Assembly: GCF_001194135.2 (NCBI RefSeq)
Contig: NC_068981.1
Coordinates: forward strand, 129,381,377 to 129,445,376
Direction of reading: 5' to 3'
Length of the DNA stretch: 64,000 nucleotides
From: Octopus bimaculoides
Taxonomy: Eukaryota
Below the pieces are notes generated by a model. It was not told the DNA's origin and searched no databases. It was given only the letters and a program-made list of their open reading frames with translations. Shown here one piece after another: positions 25,856-40,300 of this stretch (within the stretch, counting starts at the first letter, position 1; every line of letters begins with the position of its first letter). A program made the translations under genes and the position numbers.

Positions 25856-28800
25856 NNNNNNNNNNNNNNNNNNNNNNNNNNNNNNNNNNNNNNNNNNNNN
25901 NNNNNNNNNNNNNNNNNNNCACATATAGAAAAAATTAGTAAGTAAATACATGATAAATAAGTATAATAAAATACAAAGTAAAAATCATAAAATAATGATA
26001 ATAAAACGACTACACGTGTTTCATAACCAAGTTTTCAAATAGAAAATAAAATACATTCAAATCGATTAAATCGATCGAAAATCAATTCTATTAAAAAATA
26101 TAGCTAATCTTCAGGTCAAAATACAACAATAATAAAAAAAGGAATGTATATATATATATCAACCAACAACAAATAACAAATGAATGTATATAAAAATACT
26201 TATTATATTAAGATAGAAAAATGTTAAACAATATTATTAAAAAGAAATTTAATACTAATCTTATTGAAAATTATAAACGTGACATTATTAACTTTACGTT
26301 TATTAGAATATAAACAAACAGAAATATTAAATGCAAATCTTATCTTAACGAATCTTTCATTTAAAATACAATTTAAACGCAGTTTTAGGTTAAACTGAAA
26401 TTATAAACGTAAAATAAATAACTAATTTTAATATAAACTAACAAAAAATTAATTTATATAAAAATAATTATATCACCATTAAATAAAAGAAAAAACATTT
26501 AACAAAATTATTGAAAAGAAATTCAAAATTTATCTAATCTAAGTTAATAGTATAAAGTTTATCATTTTAGTTTAAACCAAAACTTCGATTAGATTAGTGT
26601 TGCATTTATTTCCAATAATATTGTTTAATATTTCTTTTTGATTTATGGGATAAATAAGTAGGTTTTTTTTTATATAATTTCTTTATTAGTTAATATTCTA
26701 ATTAAGGTTAAGAGTACAACATTAAAAATTTTATTTAAACTAAAGATTCGATTAGATAAATTTTACAAAATACATTTTTGTTTATACTATACAAACATAA
26801 AATGAAAGACTATGTGAGAAAAGAAACTAGAGAAAATGGTGACAAAGAGCAAAAGAATAAAAAGGAAATTAATAATAGATTGTTACTTGCAATGAATAAA
26901 TAATAATGTTTATATACAAGTAACCATGTTTAAGCTGTTACAGTTTTGTTCATGTTGGAATAGAAGAGAAGAGGTCTTATGATTGGAATGTAAGATCTCA
27001 TTTTAAGTAAAAGCGATTTCTAAGAAGTTTACTTTGGATAATTAACTCTGTGTTTAGAAGGTCTGATGTAGGTGGAGGTCTTTAATCAGCACAAATGGAA
27101 AACAATGTAAAAGACAAAAAATTCACTCACTGTAACATGAACAGGCCTTGAGCCTGTGTTTACCAGATTCAGCTGTACTGTTTGAGGTTCATCTAAAGTT
27201 CGTAGAATACCAAAATCAATCATCTCTACTGGAGAATATATACCAGGAGCTGCAGTTATAAATAATACAAAATATTACAGTTACTAAGTAGCAGATGTCA
27301 AATACTGGGTTTTATTTAAAACAAATATTAATTTCATACTTGAAAAAAGGGTCACAGTTCACATATAAACTGTAGGCAAAATAGTGGAGAGTTTTTTTGA
27401 TGATGTTAGAGTTTTTATCTCCTATCAAATTTATCCCATTTCATCGTTGTTGTCACTCACTATCAGAAAGAGATGGGTGAACAAGGAAAAAAAAAAAAGA
27501 AGAAGTCTACCAGCACCATCAGAGCCAGGTTTCCTTTTATTTCTAAAAACATATTTAAGATACCTCAGTTTCTCCAGCTATCAAAAACAGGTACTACACT
27601 TTTCTGGGAAGGTTAATTGCAACCATTAAACATTTTATGAGATGGAAATGGCTTTTACCGGTTTGATATTACAAAAACTGGGGCTAAACACTGTCCTACA
27701 GATCTTTGTGATTCATAAAAAGGATTAACTATTTTAAAGTTAGGATAGCAAGAGAATGGCACGTTTTTCCAGATGACTCCAAACTCACAAGCATTTAATT
27801 TGTAGTAGTACAACACATTAAGGAAATTGTGCAATATCATCAAACACAAGAAGTTCATCAATCATTGCAAACACTGCAAAATGAACACACAAAAGAAAAG
27901 GATGCTTTTAAGCATGCAGTTTTCAAGTTCATGACTAATTGAAGCTAGGCTTCCTCCTTAATTTTCAACATCCACCAAAATCCACGAATCCTCAACCACG
28001 ATTGCTCTATAAGTAGCACCCTTGAAGGTAAACCAACAACCACAGTAACCAAGTGTGAAAACCTTCATGTAAACTACATTACTACTAGCCTCTACATGGT
28101 CATTCGACCTGCTAGAAATAACAGCTAAAATTGCCAAAAATCCCATTCTACTACTATACAAAGAGTGAAGACATTGAAGAATGTAGTCCTTGACTAGATT
28201 TGGCATTAGGAAGGGCATCCAGCTGTAGAAACTCTGCCAAATTAGATTGGAGCCTGGTGTAGCCAACCGGTTGCACCAGTCCTCAGTCAAATCGTCCAAC
28301 CCATGCTAGCATGGAAAGCGGACGTTAAACGATGATGATGATGATGATTCAATCCTGTTGAGAATAGTCACAGCTGGAATGCTTTTGTTTATAGATATAC
28401 TCAATCAGAGCAAACTTAAAGCTGAACAATCTTCTAGCTCTTATTTTCACCAACAATAATCATTTCTCTCTAGTGCCTATTTATGTGTAACTGCTACAAT
28501 TAATAACAATATGTGATGGTGTGCCCCAACCACTGAAAAGCAGCCTCTATGACTCAACTACCCTCACTTCAAACATATCAAAAGTGATAAAACAAGCAAT
28601 TAACTATTTTCTTTATGACATTGAATCACTTTCTTTTCCTAGTGATAACCAAAAGCTTCTGAAAAGCTACTATGTCAGGCATGTATGTGTGTGTGTGTGT
28701 GTGTTTCTTTTCCAAGTACTTCAGTAAAAGTAATTGCTGCTCAAGTCAACAGTGAAACGTTTAACTGTAGCTTGCAGAACCTCCAAGCAAAGTTACCCAT

Positions 28801-31800
28801 CTATCTCATTTATTGTCAGAAGTCTACATCTAGAGAGCCCCATTGTAGCAGAGCATTAAAAGAAATGTCATTTTGAGATGATCCTGTTTTTTTTCTTGCC
28901 AAATAAATATACATACTATATATTCCTTCTTCACTTGTTTATTATTGTTGTTATTTTATGTCCATTGTCTGGAAATCTTTTGTCACTTTTTCTGTGACCT
29001 CTTCAGTGACTCTCCATCTCATGTCTCCTGTTCTGTTTAGTCTATTGTTAAAAATTTTTTTTTTCCAGAACACATTCTACTAATTTCAGAGTTTATGTCT
29101 CACACTTTCCTCTTATGCAGACAATACAGCACTTCACTCCTAACAGATTTGTATGATTTTTTTGAAACTACAAACACTATCTCTGATTACGTAACAATTA
29201 TGTCATTTCCAAAAGTACCAAAACTCATTCACTACACATACTAATGAAGTAATATTGCAACACTAAACCCACTTTTTTCATGAACAGTACACTGTTAAAA
29301 TCCTTAAACTCGATACAAATATTAAACCGCAATCTTAGTCAATGTAACCACTCGGTAATATTGCATAAACTAGGATCAGAAAATCAAATGCTCACATTTT
29401 TAAAATTTCAAGCACAACCCACAGACTACACTTAAAAATATCTGTGATGGTGTAGATGCTACAAAATATTCAAGAGAAGATCATATGACTGATTAATAAA
29501 GATACTCTAACCAACAAGTTACAAATTAGTCCTAGTTTCCTGTATCTTTTTTTTTTTTAACTTCTTTAATGGCTTCTGCTCAACTAAACTGTGTTATCAC
29601 ACATCCAAGCCAAATTGATACACCTGCTTCATCTAACCCCCTTGGTGTGTGCCACCTTACAAGCCTTGCATTAACCCTCCTCCCCTCATACTCTGTATAT
29701 ATACCTTCTCATTATTTCTTCTGCAATATTTCCTCTTCTAATTTAAATGCTGAGTACCACACCCAGATAATGCAATCCATTTCTTTTTCTCTCATCATCC
29801 CTTCTGTTTTGCCCTGTACCAAACACTACTCAAACATTTATCCCTAGAATTACTATGATTGGGAACTGTCATCCAGTTTATTATCCTCTAAAATCTAAAA
29901 TGCTAACATCAACTGCCTTAGTCTCACTAGTCTGGGAAGGGTTTTACTAAAGGCAAGAGTACTTTTCCTCTACTCTTAGCAAAAAATCTTTTAAAAGAAA
30001 ACTGCCTACCTGAGGTAACCTCCACTTCGACAGGAAGTATTAATACACCTCGAATATGCTCATGATTTGTTTTGATACGTATAAAAGCTGTATGGTTGGT
30101 TTCTACTCTTCCTATAAAGTTGGCCCGCATTACAGGTTTTGTTTCATATGGTGGAATTTCCTAAAGTGACAGAAAGAAAACATTAGCTGAAATGCAGCTG
30201 GATATCAACTTAAAAATCAACAAGCAGAAATGAACAAAGTGCATGAAATGATTACATGATCAGTAAGAATGACTAGTTAAGAGCTTCTAACCATTTTAGA
30301 CACTGTGTTTGTGTTTTATTAGCCCTTTAGCATTTTAACCCACCATATCCAGCCAAAATATTCTACCTGTTTTATGTTCTAACTGGTCAGATTTGGCCTC
30401 TCACACCAACCCTACATTATCATTCTAAAATTTAAAAGTTATCTCATTGAACTCTCAAAGTTACAAAATAATTTATAATTAATTTAAAACAATGTGAATA
30501 AGCATTACTTTGACAAAATAATGTGAATGCTAAAGGGTTAAATGTGTACAAAATCTACCAGCCACCTGATCATTAACTAATCAGGTGACCATATAAGCCA
30601 GATTGACTTCATACTCATCAAGAAATTGAACAGGCAACTTAAGAAAGCACCTTACAATGTACACTGGTAATCATCAAACTATGGATAAGAGCATGATGGA
30701 CTACAATACACTAGATGGTCAGACAAAAGGGTGATACAGAAAGATTCTTTGGCCAGATATAAGTTCAAAGATGTATTAGTCAAAGCATTTGACAAGAAGG
30801 AGCAAGTAGAAACAAATGCTAAAAGTCTGGAAAGAGTGGAAAGAAAAAGAGAGCAAAGAACAGTATCAATTAGCTAAAAGAGAAGTGAAACAGATGACTG
30901 TTTGCACATGTTCTGCAATGTGAAGACCAGAAGTGTGAAGCATTCTGGATTGCAAAACAGTGTGCCAGTGTGAATTGAGATGTAACTGGGAAACAGTGTG
31001 GGTAGAATAACAATATTGAAAAGAAAGAGAAAGAAATATTATAAGAGTTTGTTGAAGGAGACTGATTAGAAAAGAGATGATCTTCAAGTAGATTCAACAA
31101 AGAGACCAGCTGTATGGTTGAGAGTTTTGATTAAGAATGAAGGCAACCAAGACAGCTGTAATATCAAGAGTGAAGTTGTTGCTGAAATGTAGACAATAAC
31201 ATCTGGCATTAGCCACTTGCATTGTCAATGAAGTAGGACAGATAGGTGAGCCAATGACTGTAGTAGCATCAAAATGAAGCAGCAACTACAAAGGCATCAA
31301 AATGTTGGGTCAGATTTTGAAAGAGTACTAATTATGAAAAAGAATTAGTTTTGACAAGATATAGTGTGGGTTAGTGCTGGGATGGTGTACCACCAATGAC
31401 CTCTTAGTGAAATAATAGAACGTTTTTAACAAAGAATAAGTCCCTCAATCTAGCATTTGTTGACCTGGAGAAGGCTTTGATAGAGTTCTATGTGCTGTAG
31501 CTTGGTAGTTCCGAAGAAAACTAGGTGCAGATAACTGGTGAGTCATACGAGTCACCTAAAGAAAAATCCTCAGCAAGGTGCAGATCAAGAACAAGTTCAG
31601 TGAAGAATTTATGTAAATAGGTGTCCTTCAAGGATCAGGTTTGAGCTATTGTGCTCTGGGGTATAGCAAGAGTACTCTTCCTGTGGGAGGTCCTATATGT
31701 TTATGACTTAGTTCATTTAGCTGATTCTGCCAAAGAATAAAAAAATAAAAAAAAAAAGAATTTTCAAATGTTGAAGCAAAGGCCAGAATGAAAGCCTCAA

Positions 31801-34723
31801 AATAAAACCAAGCAAAGACAAAAGTTCTAGTTAGCAGGGAAGAAGGCAGGACTAATGCCATCAGTGAAATAGACATACTTGATATGTAGAGAGGGAGTAG
31901 GCAGGCATTCTTTACGGAGTATCCGGTGTAAATTACAGCTTTAAAAATGGGTATAGTGCTAGCAAAGACAAGCTGACAGAAAAGGTCAACTTACAAATAC
32001 AGCAGATGTACAGGAATAGCTAACATTAACAGTGTATGACAAACTCCTTTAAATGCTCAGAAGGCTCCCTACTCATAATTGATAGCTTTTGTTACCTAGG
32101 TGATCTAATTAGCAGTGGAGAGGGTTGCTCCAAGAGCATAGAGGCCAGAATAAGAACAAGACTGAAAAAATTCTCTCGAGTGAAAGGAAGTAACACTGAA
32201 TCTATGCCAGCATGGAAACATGGATGTAAAAATAAAGACAATGTGCTAAGATTTTACTTATAAAAATTTCTTGTGTGTTGAAATTTTACTTTTGGTTATC
32301 ATTAAAGTGATTGAAAAATTTCTAAAATTCTACAGAAATTTTTGGAGACAAAACATTTTCCATTCATTAAGACGAAATAATTATGATGAGTATAAAGAGT
32401 GATAGTCACTTCTACTGATTACACTATAAAGCAAAATCATATTTGACACTTTTATAATTTTTAAATATATATATATTACATCACATTAGAATTAGCAGTT
32501 AATGGAAAACTTTATAAAGTGTATAAATAATATAAAGAGTTTACAGTTGAAAACACCAACTGGGTTACAGATCTTTTGATTTCACCAAGAACTTACTAAG
32601 AATATTCTCTAAAACTTTTTTTTTTTTTTTTTTACAGAGTCTCAGATTTATATTAGGAAAGTGATAAATTGTTACATTTTGATAAAATATATTTTAAAAG
32701 AAAATATTTTTAAGTGGAAATGTAAATTCCATCACAAAACTGGCTTGCTGAAACTTACTGATGGTACCACAACCTGTAGTATGTGACAATAAAAATCAAA
32801 AGAGATTCCTTACCCACAATGATGTTATAGCCTCTCTGTCTCCCGTCGGGAGTTCTAAGTGCAGATCCCCAGCACTTGAGAACATTCCCACAACCTAATT
32901 AAAAGAGAGAAGAAAAAAAGAAAGAACATCAAGCACAGTTCAAATTGAGGAACATTTTTTTTAACCCCTTGCCGATGGGAAGTGGTAGTGACTGCATCAA
33001 AATACTATGTGAGCAATGTGAGGTCTCGCTCTTAGCAGCTTTATACCAGTACACAGCACAGACTGTCAGTACTAAATCCATCTGCAAGGAGTTAAAATAT
33101 TCATAACAGCAGTTTTTATACATGACAAAATAAAGTCAATCCACCCCTACACGTTTCCATCAATTACCAACACATATTTCATTATAGATTCACCCTACCT
33201 TTGTTCATCATTCAGTATATTCACTTCACATCCTCATGTCTTATCACCCCCNNNNNNNNNNCTTTCTTGTTCTGCTCCCATCCACTCTTGTATAATATGA
33301 GCAGCCATGTATCTCTGCTACAGAAAGAAACCTGGCCTACTCCCCATTTACTTCATACTGTAACCCTTCACTACCTAGCACAAAGCTGTCTCCCTCTCTA
33401 CTGCAGCCCCACTTGGCTGATGGGGATCTTAGCCTTGCAAGCTCCATGGCAACCTCACTAGTGCTTATGCAATGCCAAAAGAAGAAAAAATAACCCCATT
33501 ATTTGTAAAGAGGTTGGAGTTAAGGTCATCCAGTATTAGAAACCATGCCAAAGCAGACATTGGAGTAAGAGGCAGTTCTTTGGACTTATCGAACTGTCCA
33601 ACCGAAGCCAGTATGGAAGATAGAAATGAAAGAAAAAAATATGATAAAGTCAGTAATGGTGTTCTTGAAGCTGAAGCACAACTGAAAATTTTGGATTAAT
33701 GGAGGATAACTAACTAGAATGATGCCATGATGTTATCTTCAGCTTAATGCAAGGAAATAAGCTCAAGCCAGCATTGATTATACAGTGATGAAATGTACCA
33801 CCTTATGATACCCATTTACAATAGGAATAAACAATTGAAATTTCATTTCTTTCTCTAGAATACAATACATCACTCTTATTAAAACGGGAATCAAGACTTC
33901 AGCTGGATTGACATCTTTTTCTTCACATTAATCAACTTTAAACTGTTACTAAAACAACTGTTGGATATTTCCATCATGAGTGAAAATTACAAAGTTAATA
34001 GCTATTAGATGAGACAGAACTCATTAAGATGTATTTTCTAATCAAAAACTTTTTCAAGTGATGTGCTGTTCACATACTGATATGAAATTAAGTGATTCCA
34101 TTTGGAAATTGAAACTATGCACTTGCATAATACATGTGAGAGTGTGTTGAGAATTTCTCAACATTTTTAGAGGTACAATATGTAATGCCTGCAGTAGGAG
34201 AGGAACATAAAACCTGAAGTCATTGCTGAAATCAGTGAATTATTCATGGCATCACTGAAGTAAATAAGTGAAAAGAATTTTTATTCAACATTTTGCTGAA
34301 AATATAGAAAAATAACTACCTGGAGAGTTGAACTGTGTGGATTATGCATTTCAATTAAAGAAGAAAAGCTACTATTCAAGGGGACTTTGGCACCCAAATA
34401 CGGTCGAAGCCTATAAGGATTTGGAATTCCAACTCCAAACACCTGCAAGAAAAATATAAAATACATTTTATATAAAAACTGGAAGCTGTACTCAGGCTTA
34501 CCTGGGTTTATAGAAAGTATCTCAAAAAGTCACACTGCATATAACCTAATCCCTGAAAATGTGTCCCTATGCAAAATTTTAGATACCCAAGTGCAAAACT
34601 GCAGCCTATGACACAAATATTACAGGCACACACATGTATACACACACACACACACATATATATATATACACATACTTACAAGTATACACATGCATGTGCG
34701 TGCACAAACATACACAGAGTAGG

Positions 34724-34758
<35 letters not shown>

Positions 34759-37274
34759 AATATCAACTGTTCCAGAATATGGTTTGTTAACGAAATTGTT
34801 TCTTACAGAGTAACTGAAATACATATAAGTAGGGGTAACCCCACATAAAGATGTGAGAAGATGTATTTGCAAATCTATCAATAGCAAGAACTAGAAAAGC
34901 ACTGAGAGAGCACAGACCTTCATCAAGCAGCCCATTTCCACCCATACACACGCATGCTGAAAATCGCCCAATTTCCCAAACCAATGCTGGCAAAAACATA
35001 ACCTCCTTGGCGGGGTTCAAAAAAGAAATTACACAGCCATACCGATACTATTTTATCCTCCTCCCATATTTATCTCGGACATCATCATCAACACTGTCTC
35101 TGCTTTCACCACAATCACCACAATCAGTTTCTTTATAGAGTTGAAAATCCATTATCTGATACTCATGGGACTGAGATTGTTGCAGATTATTGATTTTTCT
35201 AATTTCGGAGTGCTTTATTAAAAAAAAAAAAATTAAAAAAAAAAAAAAAGCATCTACAAAACAGAACAGTTTGAGGATAGAAACCAGGTCTAAACACAAT
35301 AGCTTATAGACATACTCTGAATGTAGTTCTATATAAATCTTTAATAATTTTTTTTATACTTAAGACCATCAGAAATGTTAAGATATCAGCCTTTACCCAC
35401 GTTGTCATGCTTTGAGTAAAAGGTTACAGCATAGATTAGATTACTTAGATAAGTTTCAGCTGAAGTGGACTCAGGCCATGTCTAATTCAATAGTACCACC
35501 TGGAAGCTATTGACCACCATGTCTAATTCAATAGCACACAGTCAGCCCTGGGGAACTGTAGCCCATTCAAGCAGAGGGTTATTGTTTTCAGAGACATATC
35601 TGGGTGTGGGTGGTTTATCTGGTATTTGTTGGGGGTAATCATCTAGGGATCGTTTGAATGTCATAAAGTCACTTTCCTCCTTTATGTGTGTCTGGCACGA
35701 CGTTGAAGAGAGCAGGGCCAATTGAGGTGAAATAGTTCTGTCACAGTGTTGTGATACGACAGGAACATTTCTGTAGTGGATGGATGGCACGGGGGCTAAG
35801 CCTCGGACGAATTTTAAAGATGGGCAATGTTGATGGAATATTTTCCACATACAGATGATATAGAGCTCACAGCGGCAGTGGAGGGAGCAAAGACTGAGCT
35901 TTTTGAGTTGATCCCAATAGTCAAGGCTTGTCATGTCATCCTCCACAGACCTCCGCCAAGCAGCTCATTTTAAGATAGATACAAGAGTAAAATTACTAAT
36001 AGAGAAACGAAAATAAACTTCGGAAACAGCAATGCCACTGTAGGTTACGTGGAAACGATGAACGTGTTTTCAAGGGAGATAATCAAAGAACGTAACATTG
36101 CAATACTTCATTTGAAGTAAATATAACAAATGAAAAATCCTTCAAGAATCCATAAAAATTCCTGTATCACTACCAAAATTTCATCGGCTGTGTGGTAAGT
36201 AGCTTGCTTACCAACCACATAGTTCCGGGTTCAGTCCCACTGCATGGCACCTTGGGCAAGTATCTTCTACTATAGCCTCGGGCCAATCAAAGCCTTGTGA
36301 GTGGATTTGGTAGACGGAAACTGAAAGAAGCCCATCGTATATATGTATATGTATGTATGTATGTGTGTGTTTGTCCCTCCAACATTGCTTGACAACCGAT
36401 GCTGGTGTGTTTACGTTCCCGTAACTTAGCGGTTCGGCAAAAGAAACCGATTGAATAAGTACTAGGTTTACAAATAATAAGTCCTGGGGTCGATTCCTTC
36501 GACTAAAGGCGGTGGTCCAGCATGGTCGCAGTCGAATGACTGAAACAAGTAAAAGAGTAATCTGTTCCTTATGTCATTACCAACCTTTCCTGCAAGTTTC
36601 ATCAAATACTGTTCACAACTTTGAGTTATTTTGCACAGACGGACAAACCAAAGCCCATGAAAACATAACCTCCTCCTTTTCGGAGGTAAATATATGTGTA
36701 AGTGTATATACATACACAAGGGTTTTTCTTTCCCCTTTAGTCTTGCTTCTGACAATCCATGGTTAGGTTTTCCGGTATAAAATATGAAAATTTGCAAGCT
36801 ACATGAAATGCTTACATGAATGTTAAGCCATTTGTAAATATACTGTCCGAGCTGTTTATATGCATGAAATAGTCTACTTGTGATTTGTTGTTCAAGAAAA
36901 CTGTTCATTACACAATTTTTTTCATTTAGCAAACCATTCATACATGCTCTGCCAGCACTTATACGTACACACAGACTACTCTTGGTTTATTGTACAAATT
37001 TTACACTGGCTAAATGAATGAGATCTCAATCACTATATGCATGTATAGTCTGTGGTTTGTTGATCAAATTTCAGCTGGTGTAAGTTCACCTTTTTTCAGA
37101 AAGAACATACATATCTATACATATACACACCATTATCATTTAACATCCATGTTCCATGGTGGCATGTGTTGAATGGTTTGACAGGATTGGTTAGGTCTAG
37201 CGGTTGCATTTTGCATAAGTGTCTACTTTGGCAAAGTTTCTAGCTTCCTAATGCCAACCATTTTACAAGACATT

Positions 37275-37305
<31 letters not shown>

Positions 37306-40300
37306 TATCATGCAGTTGAAGGTTTAAAATGCCCTGTATGATATACATAGCTTTGTACATAAACATGAGTATGCATATATATATATATATATANNNNNNN
37401 NNNNNNNNNNNNNNNNNNNNNNNNNNNNNNNNNNNNNNNNNNNNNNNNNNNNNNNNNNNNNNNNNNNNNNNNNNNNNNNNNNNNNNNNNNNNNNNNNNNN
37501 NNNNNNNNNNNNNNNNNNNNNNNNNNNNNNNNNNNNNNNNNNNNNNNNNNNNNNNNNNNNNNNNNNNNNNNNNNNNNNNNNNNNNNNNNNNNNNNNNNNN
37601 NNNNNNNATAGATGAAGTATATTTGCCACTTAAATGTGGCTGACCTCTAAGGGTGGATGTTACTGTTGCTTTTAGCCCTAGGAGAACATCTCCTCCAGCT
37701 GGCTATTGACACACATCTGTGTCCTGTCTGTATTTGCAAAGGAAGTCATCCTTCCCATCATGATCTGCAATACGCACGGACTCGAGTTTCTGGGTATTTA
37801 CCCGTCCTCAGCGTACGACNNNNNNNNNNNNNNNNNNNNNNNNNNNNNNNNNNNNNNNNNNNNNNNNNNNNNNNNNNNNNNNNNNNNNNNNNNNNNNNNN
37901 NNNNNNNNNNNNNNNNNNNTTAGTAAATGAAGTAAAATGCATATGTTAAATGAATTCTTTTATTTCCAATATATGTTTTGAAGATTACAAGATGTACCTT
38001 CCAAAGGAATAGGTGATGCTGATAAGGATGTAATCTTCTCCTCAGGGAAATACATAGGAACCAGCTTAACCCCAAGACATTTTAACCAAATGTGATAACT
38101 GTAGTTAGAGAAGATTGCTACGTAACTTATTTGAAAAAAACCTTTGGAGGTTGGAACGTATGTATTATATATTTGTATATATATATGTATTATATATTTG
38201 TATGCAAGTAGCATTCTTTGTTTCCAATCTGCCATGAAAACATGTCCAGTTATGGAGAATATTAACTTATTTGGAAAAGGCAAGAGTTGGTGACAAGAAT
38301 GGCATTGGCTGTAGAAAGACTGTCTAAAATTGCGCCCCACCCATGCAAGCATGGAAAAGTGGATATTGAAATGATATACACATATACATATATTCACACA
38401 TTTATACACAAACACACACACTAGTGCATCTTGGTAATATATGTTGAATCTACACTCCTGAAAAAAATCACTAAGCAAACTGCAAGCAATCTGAAATTGA
38501 AGCAATTTCTCAGTGAAATATATTAATATATCACACTAAAACACATTTTCGTTTCAATTGTCTGTAGTACAACAAAGAATTTTCAAAGAAACCACCAGCT
38601 CTAAGATGAAGAAACTAAAAAGTGAAATCATACAGCAGCTTTTTCATAGAAGACTCCAACGAATGTATGTCATTTTTTTTTAAAGATACCATAAACTTCC
38701 CAGGTAAGCCAAGTTTCATTAATAGAGCATGATAAATTGACAAAGACTGTTTAGATATCTGTAGTACATCGTTAAACTTGGTCAACTATATTTGGATATG
38801 TTTCACTGTATACAGGTAGGTATATATATTTTGAAGCACATTAAATGCTTATAAACCTTTTTACCACATCTTTACATATCTAGAAGTTTTAGTTATTCTC
38901 TTGAATTTCATTGTATGTAACTGCTAGCCTGAAATACTTCTGCATATAAAAGGATAAGGATGAATCAATATATGATAAAAGATTCTTTTTCTTCCCTCAT
39001 CTCTCCATCACTACCCCAGGTATGATCAACAGTTGGAGAATTTTCAGTTGCATCTGCAATGTCACCTCATATGTACTTTGACTGTTTAGAAAACAAGTCA
39101 GTATTAGTTACACTAACTAGTGTATGCACAAATCTTAACTAGTACAATATGTATGAATAATGCACACAGAGGATATAGTAATTAGAGAGAAAATATTACT
39201 TAGAGCTAAGCCAAAGAAGGATTACAGTGAAATAGTGAGGCTAGGTTAGAAATTTGGGTCTATATAAAACTGAAACACAAATTCTAGAGATAATGAAAAT
39301 AAGAAAAGGAAACAACTAACCTGATATTTAAAAGACCCTTGGGTTGTGTGAATATATAATGTATTTTCAACTGGGCCAACCTGACGCGCTAGAAATACAA
39401 CATCAAATGTTGTGTTTCCTCCAGGAGGAACCATCTGTAAGAGATAGAATAAGAATTTATTACAAATCAGATTCTACAAAGAAATAAAAGATTAATTAAT
39501 TTTCATTAATTCACTCAATGATAGTTTTAATTGACAAAAACAAAGTAATAATTATGTGGTAGTGATGATAACCCAGAAAGGATACACGACTATAAAGATA
39601 GCTTTACAAGACCTAACTTTAAAATGCTAGCACAGAAATTATAGATGTTTATATATAAATACGTACAAATGTATGCCAACATTTCCAACATAAATTTAGC
39701 AAATTTGAATTATTGCTGCAAGGTTCCTACAATTAATGCTCAACTATTTAGCAGGAATGGTATTATTTTCGAAGTTGTATAGCCTGTGAAAAGTTTATTT
39801 GCATCTTGTCTCATTATACAACACAATGTAGCTTTGTTTAAATTGAGGACCTTGACACTGTAGTCATGCTTTTCAACAACAACAAACAAAAATGAAGAGA
39901 CCTGATAGGAAAAACAAAAAAAAAAAAAAAATACATATATAAGTATCTTACTTTATCTTGAAAAAATGAACAGTGAAAATGTGCTGTACTGCCTGATATG
40001 GACAACAGGTGTAAACTGGTTTTTGTGTCAGCATTATGTACAGAAACCTGTTGTAGATGAGGCATACCCACAGGGCTACAAAATAGACAAAATATTTGAT
40101 TTTAGTTATTTACGTAGCAAAAGTTGGTACAATTTGTAACACAAGGGAGAGAGAATAGAGCAATATGCTTTATGATACTTAGTTTGAACTGAAAAGTTTA
40201 ATGGTAATTAAATTTGTTTTGTTCAGAGCATAAAGTTGGTAATGTATAAGTTGAATGTAAGAAAGTTCTAGATACACAATTTTAACAAGAGGATGTGCAT

